A DNA stretch of 64,000 bases from positions 3,200,001 to 3,264,000 of the forward strand of contig CBDCOX010000002.1 of the NCBI GenBank assembly GCA_965219995.1, given 5' to 3'. How positions within the stretch are numbered: position 1 is the stretch's first letter; each line of letters starts with the position of its first letter. The position numbers and the translations under genes were made by a program. Positions 18,441-27,546 of the stretch are shown here, piece after piece. The notes beneath the pieces were generated by a model, which was given only the letters and a program-made list of their open reading frames with translations, was not told the DNA's origin and ran no database searches. Source of the DNA: Candidatus Latescibacterota bacterium (lineage in GTDB: Bacteria; Latescibacterota; UBA2968; GCA-2709665).

Positions 18441-19499
18441 TCACAACAGGGGGAAATCGACCCGGCAATTCCCGCCGTGGTGCGACTTCAGGATCCCCAT
18501 CATGATCTCCACCGTCTTGCGCGCCTCCCGTGCAGGCGAGACCAGATCGCCGCCTTCCTCCAGTACCCGGATCAGTTCCGCCACCGCGGCGGTCTGGTTT
18601 TCCATCGCGTATTTCCCGGACAGGATGGGCGACGCGGACGACTCGAAATGCGACCTGCCCCGGATCAGGGTTGCGCCCTGGTCTGAAATCTCGATGCGTC
18701 CGTCCTCGCACGTCAGCGCGAATTTCGAACCGGGGAAATCCACCTTGTACGCGTTATAGAACGCCCTCACGCCGTTGTCGAACCGGATGTACGCCGACGC
18801 GTACGGATCGACCGCCGGATCTTTTCCGCCGTCCCCCTTGTATTCGGTGAAATGTTCGAACCCCTCTTCGAGTTCAGCCGCCAGCCACAGAGGATTGGCC
18901 TCGGCAAAGAAGCAGATCATGTCCAGCAGGTGGGTGCCGTTCCGGAACATCATCGCCCTCCGGCTGAATTGCTCGCACACAACCGTGCGAAGCGGTCCGA
19001 TCTCTCCGCTGCGAATGATCTCACGCGCCCTGAGATAACTGGAGTTCCAGCGTCGGGTGTGTTCGATTGAAAGCAGTACGCCGTTGGCTTCGGCGGCGGC
19101 GATCATCCGGTCCGCGTCTTCCAGAGAGGTCGCGATCGGCTTCTCGCACAGAATGGCGCGCGCACCGCCCCGGGCGGCCGCCACGGTCATATCGGCGTGT
19201 ACGTGGTCCGAGGTGGCCACGCTCACCAGGTCGGGTTTCTCTACCTGCAGCATTTCCCGGTAGTCCGTATAGAGCCGCACGTCCGGCCACACGTCTTTCC
19301 ACTGCGCCGTGAAATCCGCCAGCGCCTCCTCCCGCAGGTCGCATACGCCCACCACTTCCGTTTGGGGATGCCGGTCGTAGGCCCCCGCGTGGGAGCCGGG
19401 CATGGCGCCGTACACCGGAAGCTGACCGTCTTCCTCGGGCCGCCTGGCGCCGATGCCGGTCAGGCCGATAATCACCGCACGGTACTCGGGTTTTGACAT
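18441..19499 (-). CDS. Gfo/Idh/MocA oxidoreductase
   Basis: IIGLTGIG, LCEKP, HTRRW, GTHLLD; ATG 19499 with AGGAGG. Confidence 0.92.
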   Translation of the reverse strand: MSKPEYRAVIIGLTGIGARRPEEDGQLPVYGAMPGSHAGAYDRHPQTEVVGVCDLREEALADFTAQWKDVWPDVRLYTDYREMLQVEKPDLVSVATSDHVHADMTVAAARGGARAILCEKPIATSLEDADRMIAAAEANGVLLSIEHTRRWNSSYLRAREIIRSGEIGPLRTVVCEQFSRRAMMFRNGTHLLDMICFFAEANPLWLAAELEEGFEHFTEYKGDGGKDPAVDPYASAYIRFDNGVRAFYNAYKVDFPGSKFALTCEDGRIEISDQGATLIRGRSHFESSASPILSGKYAMENQTAAVAELIRVLEEGGDLVSPAREARKTVEIMMGILKSHHGGNCRVDFPLL

Positions 19500-19559
19500 G
19501 GTCGTTCCTCCTGAATTTATCCCTGAAGGGTTCGTTCCCACGCACTAAACATGCCGCGG

Positions 19560-20260
19560 GAGGCCGGGCGCCCACAAGGGACGCCCCTACATTGGCCAGG
19601 GGAGTCACGGTACGATAGCGCCGATGAAAAAGCCGGTGTGAAGGTGGGACAGACATTCCTGTCTGCCTGCCTCGTGTTGTACGTGCTGCCTGAATACGGG
19701 CATTTCGACATTTCGACAAGCTCAATGCAGGCAATGACCACGCTTTGGTAGTTTCAATAAACGTCATTGAGCCGTGAACGGGATCCCGTTCAATACCCTG
19801 AGCCGATCCCTGAGCATGCGGTGCCCTGAGCTTGTCGAAGGGTCGAAGGGCCGGCGAAGGGATTGCGAATGGTTTACGTGCTGCCTGAATGCGGGCATTT
19901 CGACACTTCGGCAAGCTCACTTCGGCAAGCTCAGCACAGGCAATGACCACGCTTTGGTAGTTTCAATGAACGTCATTGATCGGCGAAATGGTTCCGTTAC
20001 ACCTTCTCCCGACTGTCATGATGAGACGGCGCCACGGAAACCAAACCTCCGCGCATATGGGCCGCTGAAGGCTGCCGCTTCGCGTCAAGCCGAGAAGACG
20101 GGAGATTCTTCGCTCCGCTCAGAATGACATGTTTGGCAATAGCCACAGCAAGATGGCTCGGCCATACCTTCGCCAACACTGTGAGGAATCCGGTGTGAAG
20201 GTGGGGCAGACATTCCTGTCTGCCGGCTTCGCGTCGCTCAGAATGACATGTTTTGCAATA
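19560..20260. repeat. Mosaic of REP-like palindromes with internal direct repeats
   Basis: GTAG-type 19565-19590; GTGG..CAGACATTCCTGTCTG twice; CCCTGAGCTTGTCGAAGGG; CGCTCAGAATGACATGTTT twice; ~90-bp duplicate 19680-19770/19876-19979. Confidence 0.85.
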
Positions 20261-20261
20261 C

Positions 20262-21413
20262 CTACTCCAGTTTCTCCAGCGCCTTTCTGGCCCCCTTGTG
20301 CTTTTCGTTCAATTTCAGAACCTGCCTGTACGCATCGCGGGCAAGGTCCCGTTCTCCCTGGCGCGCGTATATACGGCCGAGCCTGTAGAGTCCGTTTATG
20401 CGTGCAATCTTCCATCGCGCCGGCAGTTGGCGAAGATACGTCGTCAGCGATTCCAGTCCCAGGTCCAGTTCCGTCCCGGTCAGGGCGGCGAAGCGGCCGA
20501 TTGCATAGAGCGCCTGGAGTCGATCTCCCGCGGCAGCGAGCGCATTCTCGAAGGTTTCTGCGCTCGGGTCCGAATCGGACGCCAGCGCTGCGAGAGCATC
20601 CATCGCCGCTTCCAGGCTGCGGCGTGCGGCCTCGAACGCTTTTTCGTTTTCCTTCTCCAGACGGTACAGGTTGCTCAATCGCCGCAGGATGGTGCTGTGG
20701 CCCGGAGAGGTTTGCAGAAAGGCCTCGTAGACCCGAATTGCGTCCTGGCGACGTTCACCGCGCAGGTAGAGCGACGCCAGCGAAATGACGGGGCGCACGT
20801 CGCCATTCGCCGACGCGACCGCCGCAAGATAGGCATTCTCCCGTTTGTCCCGGGTCTTTTCTTTCGCGTGGATGAGACCCCACGCCAGATGACCTTCCAT
20901 CGGATTCCGGGATTCTATCGCCCTGGCCTGCTCAAGAGCTCTTTCCTTTTTACCGCCCAGAATCCCCGGTGCGAAAAGGTGATACTCCAGCAGCTTCGTC
21001 CGGGCGTCGAGGTGATCGGGGTCGAGCCGGACGGCCTCCTCGAACGCCTTTCGGGCGCGGCGGGCCTTGCCGGGCTTCCCGAAGATGCTGGCGCGCTGCG
21101 CCCTGGCGCCGTACATCATTCCCAGCCAGTACTGATAGTCTGCCACTTCAGGATCCGCCTCAACGGCCTTCTCGAACCAGTCGAACCCCGCCTCGATGTC
21201 CCCCTCCCAGGTATTGATGCGACCCAGCAGATAGAAGATTTCCGCCCGACCGGTCCCCGGACGCGCGAGGCGCGTTTTCAGACTGTCTTCGGCATCGGCG
21301 TATCGGCCGTCGATAAATGCCGCCATGGCGGGTCGTATCCCCGTTGACGTTGCCTCGAGGCTCGGCGACAGGAATACCAGAACAAAAATGAAGATTACCA
21401 CTTGCCTTGCCAA
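20262..21413 (-). CDS. Exported tetratricopeptide-repeat protein
   Basis: Signal peptide (MARQVVIFIFVLVFLSPSLEA), TPR units, APGILGG motif; probable TTG start. Confidence 0.8.
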   Translation of the reverse strand: MARQVVIFIFVLVFLSPSLEATSTGIRPAMAAFIDGRYADAEDSLKTRLARPGTGRAEIFYLLGRINTWEGDIEAGFDWFEKAVEADPEVADYQYWLGMMYGARAQRASIFGKPGKARRARKAFEEAVRLDPDHLDARTKLLEYHLFAPGILGGKKERALEQARAIESRNPMEGHLAWGLIHAKEKTRDKRENAYLAAVASANGDVRPVISLASLYLRGERRQDAIRVYEAFLQTSPGHSTILRRLSNLYRLEKENEKAFEAARRSLEAAMDALAALASDSDPSAETFENALAAAGDRLQALYAIGRFAALTGTELDLGLESLTTYLRQLPARWKIARINGLYRLGRIYARQGERDLARDAYRQVLKLNEKHKGARKALEKLE

Positions 21414-21431
21414 TTCACCCCCCTGAGTTTT

Positions 21432-21487
21432 CTCGCCCACTCGTCCTCTCGTTCCCTCATCTTCTCGTTTTCTCGTCTTCTCGCCTA
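21432..21487. repeat. Imperfect 8-mer tandem repeat (CTCGNNNN)x7
   Basis: ctcgccca ctcgtcct ctcgttcc ctcatctt ctcgtttt ctcgtctt ctcgccta. Confidence 0.8.
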
Positions 21488-23176
21488 TTGCCACAGTCCG
21501 TGAAAATCCGCGTATAGCGCATGCCTGCTCAGCAGTTCGTCGTGATTGCCCACGTCGATGCCCGAACCGTCCATGACCAGCACCCTTTGCGCCCGACGGG
21601 TGGCCGCCATGCGGTGCGCGACCACAATCAGCGTGCAACCCAGCGCCATGAATGCCCGCTCCGCTCGTTCCTCGGCGGCGGGATCCAGGTGACAGGTGGC
21701 CTCGTCCAGCACGACAATGGGCGCCGCCGCCAGGTGCGACCGCACCAGGGTCACCAGTTGGCGTTCGCCCTCGGACAGACCGGACTTCGTCAGGTTGACT
21801 TCGGCGTCCAGGCCGCCGAGCCGGGCCATTACACGATCGAGCCCCACGGCCGCGGCGGACGCGGCGATCTCCTCGTCGGTTGCGGAGGGCCGCAGGTAAT
21901 TCAGATTCTCTCGGAGAGAACCCGCGAAGACGTACGCCTCCTGCGGGACCATCGTGACCAGCCGCGGTCGATCCGGTCGCAGAAAGCAGGGCTGCGCGTC
22001 GACCGTGATCTTGCCGCTGTCGGGGCGCAGCACCCCGGCCATCAGAGCGGCCAGCGTGGACTTGCCGATCCCGCTCGGGCCGACAATGGCCAGGTGGTCG
22101 CCGTGAGCGACGTCCAGTGAAAATCCCCGGACGATCGGCTCGCCGGCGCCATACGCGAATGTCAGATCGCGTACGGCCAATTCAGGCCGTCTATTCGGCG
22201 GGGACGGTTCGGAAGGAGCGTCAACGGGCCGGTCGGCTGCCTCCCCGCCGGTCTCCAGCAGGCGCGCGTGGTAAACGCGAAGCGTCACCAGTCTGGCCAG
22301 CCCGTACGTGACGAAAGCCGTCGCGGCGGGCAGACCGGCAAGAAGGTAGGTAAATGAACCGACGACCTCTCCCGCGGTCAGCAGCTCGCCGCGGACCAGG
22401 TACGGGACGAAGCCGAGACCCGTCAGCGCCGGAAACGTGGTCGCGATCGCGTTCACCAATCCGAATCCGACCGACTGATGGTCGCGGTCCCTGAGCGACG
22501 CCCGGACGGTACGCTCAATCCGTTTTTCGACACGGTCCATGGCGAAACCCTTCGCGCCCGCCGCCACCAGGTCGCGCACCGACTGAAGCGCCCGGGTCGT
22601 TTCGCCATGGGTATCCTCCTCGGCGAGCATGGACGCCGTCTCGTTGCGGACTTTGCGGCGGACGACCACGACCTGCAGTACGGCGCCGATAACCAGCCAC
22701 GGGAGAACGAGGGCCAGAAGCGTCCACGACAGCGTCGCGAGACCGACTGCCGAACCGATGGCGAAAAGACCGCTCGGGCCCAGGCGCAGGAAGTGCGCCA
22801 GTACGTCGACGAGCGCCGGCACGTGCTGGGTGAGTTCCGCTCCGGAACGCAGAACCCGGTCTGAGTAAACCGCGTCTCCAAGTGTGTGCCGAACGACGTC
22901 TCGGGTGAGGTCGAACCGCACCCGTGAAGTGAGTATCGCGGTCCAGTGATAGAGACGCAGCAGCGACCAGACGCCCGCCCCACCCACGGCCAGAAGCCCG
23001 CCGATCCACTCCATGGACGCTGTCAGGTCGCCCGCCCGCGCCGCATCCACGGCGCTGGCGATCAGGCGTCCGGAGAGCGCCGGCGCGAGGGTCACCCCCA
23101 CGCTGCACACGGCGATGCGAAACAGGCATCCGCGATGCCTCGATACGTAGCCGTATAACGGCCGGATGGGTGTCAT
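21485..23176 (-). CDS. ABC exporter half-transporter (TMD+NBD), RamB/AmfA-like
   Basis: GPSGIGKST, degenerate signature LSEGE, VVLDEATCHLDPAAEERAERAF, AHR. Confidence 0.9.
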   Translation of the reverse strand: MTPIRPLYGYVSRHRGCLFRIAVCSVGVTLAPALSGRLIASAVDAARAGDLTASMEWIGGLLAVGGAGVWSLLRLYHWTAILTSRVRFDLTRDVVRHTLGDAVYSDRVLRSGAELTQHVPALVDVLAHFLRLGPSGLFAIGSAVGLATLSWTLLALVLPWLVIGAVLQVVVVRRKVRNETASMLAEEDTHGETTRALQSVRDLVAAGAKGFAMDRVEKRIERTVRASLRDRDHQSVGFGLVNAIATTFPALTGLGFVPYLVRGELLTAGEVVGSFTYLLAGLPAATAFVTYGLARLVTLRVYHARLLETGGEAADRPVDAPSEPSPPNRRPELAVRDLTFAYGAGEPIVRGFSLDVAHGDHLAIVGPSGIGKSTLAALMAGVLRPDSGKITVDAQPCFLRPDRPRLVTMVPQEAYVFAGSLRENLNYLRPSATDEEIAASAAAVGLDRVMARLGGLDAEVNLTKSGLSEGERQLVTLVRSHLAAAPIVVLDEATCHLDPAAEERAERAFMALGCTLIVVAHRMAATRRAQRVLVMDGSGIDVGNHDELLSRHALYADFHGLWQ

Positions 23177-24927
23177 GAAGCCGCCTCCTGGGCCGGGTCG
23201 CCCTGAAACGCGGCGCGGTAGGCAGGGTCTCGCCACAGTTCGATATGCGGCGCCACACGCCGGACCCCGCCTCTGTAGAGCCAGGCGACGAGATCTGCCG
23301 CGGCGGCCGTACTCGCCCGGTGGGCAATGACGACAGTCGTGCGTGAAGCGCCGAGCTTTCGCAGTGCGGCAAGGACGCGCGCCTCGGTAGCCACGTCCAG
23401 ACTGCTGAGCGCGTCGTCCAGAATCAGAATGGGCGTATCCCTGAGCGCGGCCCTTGCGAGGCCCAGCCGCTGGTGTTCGCCGCCGGACATCGGCGCATCG
23501 CCAAGAGGTGTATCGTAGCCCTTCGGCAGACGTTCGATGAACGCATCCGCTTCGACGTACCCTGCGGCCGCCCGCACCTCCTCACGCGTGGTTTCTGCGC
23601 CCAGCACGATCACGTCGCGGATTGTGTCGCCGAAGAGCGCGGGCCGCTCGAATGCGTAGCCCACCCGGCGCGAGAGTTCGTCGCGCGACATTTCGGCAAC
23701 CGGCGTACCGTCGATGCGAATGAACCCGCTGTCCGGGTCCTGAAGCCGACCGATCAGCCCGGCAAGCGTGGTCTTGCCAACCCCTGATCTGCCGACCAGC
23801 GCAACCGTCTTTCCGGCGGGTACGCGCAGATCCACGTGCCGGAGAACCTCCCTTTCCGGCGCACCCAGAGATACGTCTTCGATCCTGACCTCGCCGGGCC
23901 CCGCGGCGCCGGACGCGGCCGACCGGGGTTCCGGAACCGCGGCCGGAGATCGAAGAACGGCCAGCGTCCGGGCCGCATGGGCGCGAAAGAAGGCGATCTG
24001 GAACCAGCCGTTGTCCAACACGCCGGCGACGCTTGAATAGGTCATCTGGGCGTAACGGATCGCGGCCATCAGCGCGCCCACGGTCAGGTCGCCCGCCGCC
24101 AGGAGGCAAACGCCGGTGACCGCGGTAACCGTCAGAACGACGTGGTTGGCGCTCGTCACCGTCACCGCGCCGCGGCCGAAGCTTTCCAGGATCTCGCGCG
24201 TTTTGTCCGCCAGATCCGGAAGGGGCCGCGTGATCCGTTCGACTTCACGTTCCAGGGTCCCGGCCGCGCGTATCGTGCGCCGTCCCGCGAGGGCGCCGGT
24301 GTACGCGTTGACCATTCGGCTGTTCAATTCGTCGTGTGCGGTCTGTCCGGCGGTCAACGTACCCATCAGTCGACGCATGAGCAGGGTGACGGTCCCCACG
24401 CCGCCAAGCGCAACCGCGACAAACACCCAGTGTACGTACAACAGCGCGACGAGGCTGCCCGCCGCCGTGAGGATTCCCGTGCCGATTCTCAACAGGGTCT
24501 CCGGGTAACGCGGCAGGTGCGTCGCCTCCTGCCGAATCCTGTTCTGCAGGTCTCCGTCGTCGAACGGCCGGCGGCCGGGCAGGCCGAGATCCAGCGCATG
24601 GTCGACCATTTCGCGCGTGAGCCGCCGTTCCGTGACGGCGCGGAATCTGGCCCGCACGGGTTCGGCGACGATATCGACGATTACGGACAGGACCATCGCC
24701 ACCGACAGGCCCTTGAACCCCCAACCGATGCGGCCGTCCACCGCCTCGTCGATAGCCAGTGCGGCCAGGGCCGGCGCGGCCAGACCCGCGCCGATGGCGA
24801 GCAGGCTGAGCAGGGCGTCCAGCGCGAACCAGTGCCACGCCCCCCGGGCATAGGGGCGCAGGAACGCCATCACTTCGATGATCCCCGGTACCGCAGGATC
24901 GGCCGCCTGACTGTTCGTGTCCTTCAT
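23173..24927 (-). CDS. ABC exporter half-transporter (TMD+NBD), RamA/AmfB-like
   Basis: GRSGVGKTT, MSGGEHQR, LILDDALSSLD, AHRASTAAAADLVAWL; ATGA overlap with its partner; start may be 24945. Confidence 0.9.
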   Translation of the reverse strand: MKDTNSQAADPAVPGIIEVMAFLRPYARGAWHWFALDALLSLLAIGAGLAAPALAALAIDEAVDGRIGWGFKGLSVAMVLSVIVDIVAEPVRARFRAVTERRLTREMVDHALDLGLPGRRPFDDGDLQNRIRQEATHLPRYPETLLRIGTGILTAAGSLVALLYVHWVFVAVALGGVGTVTLLMRRLMGTLTAGQTAHDELNSRMVNAYTGALAGRRTIRAAGTLEREVERITRPLPDLADKTREILESFGRGAVTVTSANHVVLTVTAVTGVCLLAAGDLTVGALMAAIRYAQMTYSSVAGVLDNGWFQIAFFRAHAARTLAVLRSPAAVPEPRSAASGAAGPGEVRIEDVSLGAPEREVLRHVDLRVPAGKTVALVGRSGVGKTTLAGLIGRLQDPDSGFIRIDGTPVAEMSRDELSRRVGYAFERPALFGDTIRDVIVLGAETTREEVRAAAGYVEADAFIERLPKGYDTPLGDAPMSGGEHQRLGLARAALRDTPILILDDALSSLDVATEARVLAALRKLGASRTTVVIAHRASTAAAADLVAWLYRGGVRRVAPHIELWRDPAYRAAFQGDPAQEAAS

Positions 24928-24963
24928 TCGATTCTCTTCTGCCACAATTTCGGCGCCTTTTCG

Positions 24964-25149
24964 AAAAGCGGCGAGACGGTAGACGTGAGACGGTAGATGA
25001 CGTCCATGCCCGATTGGTTTTTCCTTTATGCCTCCGGCACAAAACGAAACCGGATGCGGCGGACAATCTCTCCCCTCTTACGTCTAACGTCTCCCCGCCT
25101 TTAGGGCGCTGATATCATCTACCGTCTACCCTCTCCCGTCTCACCGCCC
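24964..25149. repeat. Heptamer-arm element with reversed core I plus an extra right arm
   Basis: Reverse complement resembles 8401-8529. Confidence 0.88.
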
Positions 25150-26313
25150 TCAATACATGTGTATCGCCCCGTCAGGCCCTTCGTAGCGACGGGGAGGCAG
25201 CGGCCGATATGGACGGGACTTCACCAGATCCATATCCAGTTCCACCCCAAGCCCCGGGCGCCGCTCCAGTTCGCCGACGTCCACGTATCCGCCCGAAACG
25301 GGCACCCGCAGCGTTTGCACGTCGTCGAACCACGGGCGCAGTCTGCAATGCTCGAGAATTTCGAAATTCTGCATCGCGGCCGCCGCGTGGGCCGCGGCCG
25401 CCAGCGCCACCGGCCCATACGGATTGTGCGGCGCGATTCCGATTCCGTACACCTCGGCGAAATGCGCCACCTTCATCAGTTCGCTGATGCCCCCCACGTG
25501 GCAGATATCCACCTGGCAAACGTCCACCGCCTGCCTTTCGAACCACTCCCGGCACTCCCACCGGGTGATCCAGCGCTCGCCCGCGGCAACCCGCATTCCC
25601 GGGAAGTCCCGTTTCAACCTGACGTACGGCTCAACCGTGCTCTGCTCCATGGGCTCTTCCACGAAGAGCATGTCCAGCGCCTGCAATTCCCGCATCAGGC
25701 GGTGCGCCGCCGCGGGCGAGAACACCCCGCCGCAGTCGATCATCAGCGCCGCGTCCGGCCCCAGCGCCTCTCGCAGCCGGGTCATCTCTCTCACGGCCAC
25801 GTCTACCTGCGCGTCCATATCGAACGGCGCGACCGCCGGACCGTGTCCGTGCTTGAACGCATCGAAGCCCTCCTCCAGGGCCTGCGCGGCGTGCGCCTCC
25901 AGCGAATCCAGCCCCAGGTCCGCCCGCGCGTAGCAGCGAACCCTGTTTCGAACCCTGCCGCCCAGCAGCCGGAACACGGGCTGTCCCGTCGCCTTTCCCG
26001 CGATGTCCCAGAGCGCCATGTCGATACCGCTGACCGCGCTGGTATGTACCACGCCCCGTTTCCACCAGTAATCGCGGTATCCCAGTTGCCAGACCTGCTC
26101 CACGTCCATTGGATTCATTCCCAGCAGCCTGGGTTTCAGCGCCGTTTCCACCTGCGCCGCGACGGCCATTTCGTGATGCTCCGTCGTGGCCTCGCCGACC
26201 CCCGTGACGCCCGCGTCCGTCTGCACCTCCACGAAGATCCAGTTCCGCCTGGGTGTGTGGCCGTCCGCCGCCGGGATGTTCATGACGTGCGCCCTGATGT
26301 CCGCGATCCTCAT
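25150..26313 (-). CDS. Enolase-superfamily dehydratase (galactonate dehydratase-like)
   Basis: RNWIFVEV.TD.G..GVGE, SGIDMALWDIAGK, EEP, AGER, APHNP, PGLG. Confidence 0.9.
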   Translation of the reverse strand: MRIADIRAHVMNIPAADGHTPRRNWIFVEVQTDAGVTGVGEATTEHHEMAVAAQVETALKPRLLGMNPMDVEQVWQLGYRDYWWKRGVVHTSAVSGIDMALWDIAGKATGQPVFRLLGGRVRNRVRCYARADLGLDSLEAHAAQALEEGFDAFKHGHGPAVAPFDMDAQVDVAVREMTRLREALGPDAALMIDCGGVFSPAAAHRLMRELQALDMLFVEEPMEQSTVEPYVRLKRDFPGMRVAAGERWITRWECREWFERQAVDVCQVDICHVGGISELMKVAHFAEVYGIGIAPHNPYGPVALAAAAHAAAAMQNFEILEHCRLRPWFDDVQTLRVPVSGGYVDVGELERRPGLGVELDMDLVKSRPYRPLPPRRYEGPDGAIHMY

Positions 26314-26316
26314 CCT

Positions 26317-27546
26317 TCAGTCCTCTTTTTCCATGAACGCCCCCTCACGTTGGACGCGTTCGTACACCCGGGCGAACGCCTCGGACCCGTCGTCCTCCCA
26401 CACCTCCGAATTCACGCCGCGTATGGACCCCTCCTCGAACCCGGTCAGCCGGCGCACGTCCGGAATGCTCGGCGCAACCATCCGGTTCCCGCCCGGAAGG
26501 TGGAGCACGCCCACGTGTTTCGGCATCTCCGTGGGCCCCACCGCCGCCAGGCGCGCGAGCTTCTCTTCGTCCACGTCGAACCCCAGGCCCGGTCCTTCCG
26601 GCACCGGCGAACACCCGCCCGCAATCTCGATCCGCTCCGTCGTGATGTCCTCCTCGTACTGATCGTCCAGATTGATCGAATGTCCCGCGGTGGGCAGCAC
26701 CGCCCCCAGGTGCATCGCCAGCGCCTTCGTCAGGGTGCCTCCGGTCAGCTGCACCACCGCCTGCACGTTCGCCTTTCCGTACGCGAAACCGCGGAACAGC
26801 GCGTCTCCGAACCCGCCGCAATATTCGCCGATGATGTAGGCGTCCGCCATTCCCAGGATCATCTCCTGCAACCCGCCGAGCGGGGGCAGATGCATCACCA
26901 GCGGCACGTTGCACTGGGCCCGGAGCCGGCGCCAGCCGTCCGCGTCGGTCAGCAGCAGCGGGTCCTCGATGAACCCCGTGATCCGCGACCGCTCAAGGGC
27001 CTTCACGATGGGCAGCACCGTCGCCATGGCCCGGTTGTGGTTCATATCCCATTGCATCAGGAATCCCTCCGGCGCCACGTCCTCCACCGCGCGTTGCTGT
27101 TCGAGCACGTCGAAGTGCTGGCAGGTATGCATCTTGAACAACATATAGCCCTGGTCCACCGCGCGCAGGATCTCGTTGCTCAGGTCCTCGGGCGAGGCCG
27201 GCCGTGTCCAGGCCATCACCGGCACCCGGTCCCTGACCTTTTGTCCCATCAGCTTGTAGGCGGGTACGCCCAGGTGCTTGCCCATCACGTCGTACAGCGC
27301 GCCTCCCAGGGCCAGGTGCAACGTCTCATGGTTGAGAAAGTCGAACGGATTGCGGTCGATCAGTGGCGCCACGCTCTCCTTCGGCGGCGCGGCCGACCGG
27401 TAGTCGCCGTAGCCCACGATCCCGTTGTCCGTGACAACCTTGAAAATGGTCCGCTGGTCGATGGCGCGAAAACGCACCTTGTGATCCGCGTTCCGGGCCG
27501 CGAGTCCCGGGTTGATCGGAATGATGTCGATATCGACAATTTTCAT
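26317..27546 (-). CDS. Mandelate racemase/muconate lactonizing enzyme family protein
   Basis: ALYDVMGK.LGVP.YKLMG, FKMH, WDMN, IEDP, PGLG. Confidence 0.88.
   Translation of the reverse strand: MKIVDIDIIPINPGLAARNADHKVRFRAIDQRTIFKVVTDNGIVGYGDYRSAAPPKESVAPLIDRNPFDFLNHETLHLALGGALYDVMGKHLGVPAYKLMGQKVRDRVPVMAWTRPASPEDLSNEILRAVDQGYMLFKMHTCQHFDVLEQQRAVEDVAPEGFLMQWDMNHNRAMATVLPIVKALERSRITGFIEDPLLLTDADGWRRLRAQCNVPLVMHLPPLGGLQEMILGMADAYIIGEYCGGFGDALFRGFAYGKANVQAVVQLTGGTLTKALAMHLGAVLPTAGHSINLDDQYEEDITTERIEIAGGCSPVPEGPGLGFDVDEEKLARLAAVGPTEMPKHVGVLHLPGGNRMVAPSIPDVRRLTGFEEGSIRGVNSEVWEDDGSEAFARVYERVQREGAFMEKED

Noticed and set aside
24928-25150. Lanthipeptide precursor upstream of the RamAB-like exporter
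   Set aside because: The interval is filled by the repeat element; no Ser/Cys-patterned small ORF with an RBS
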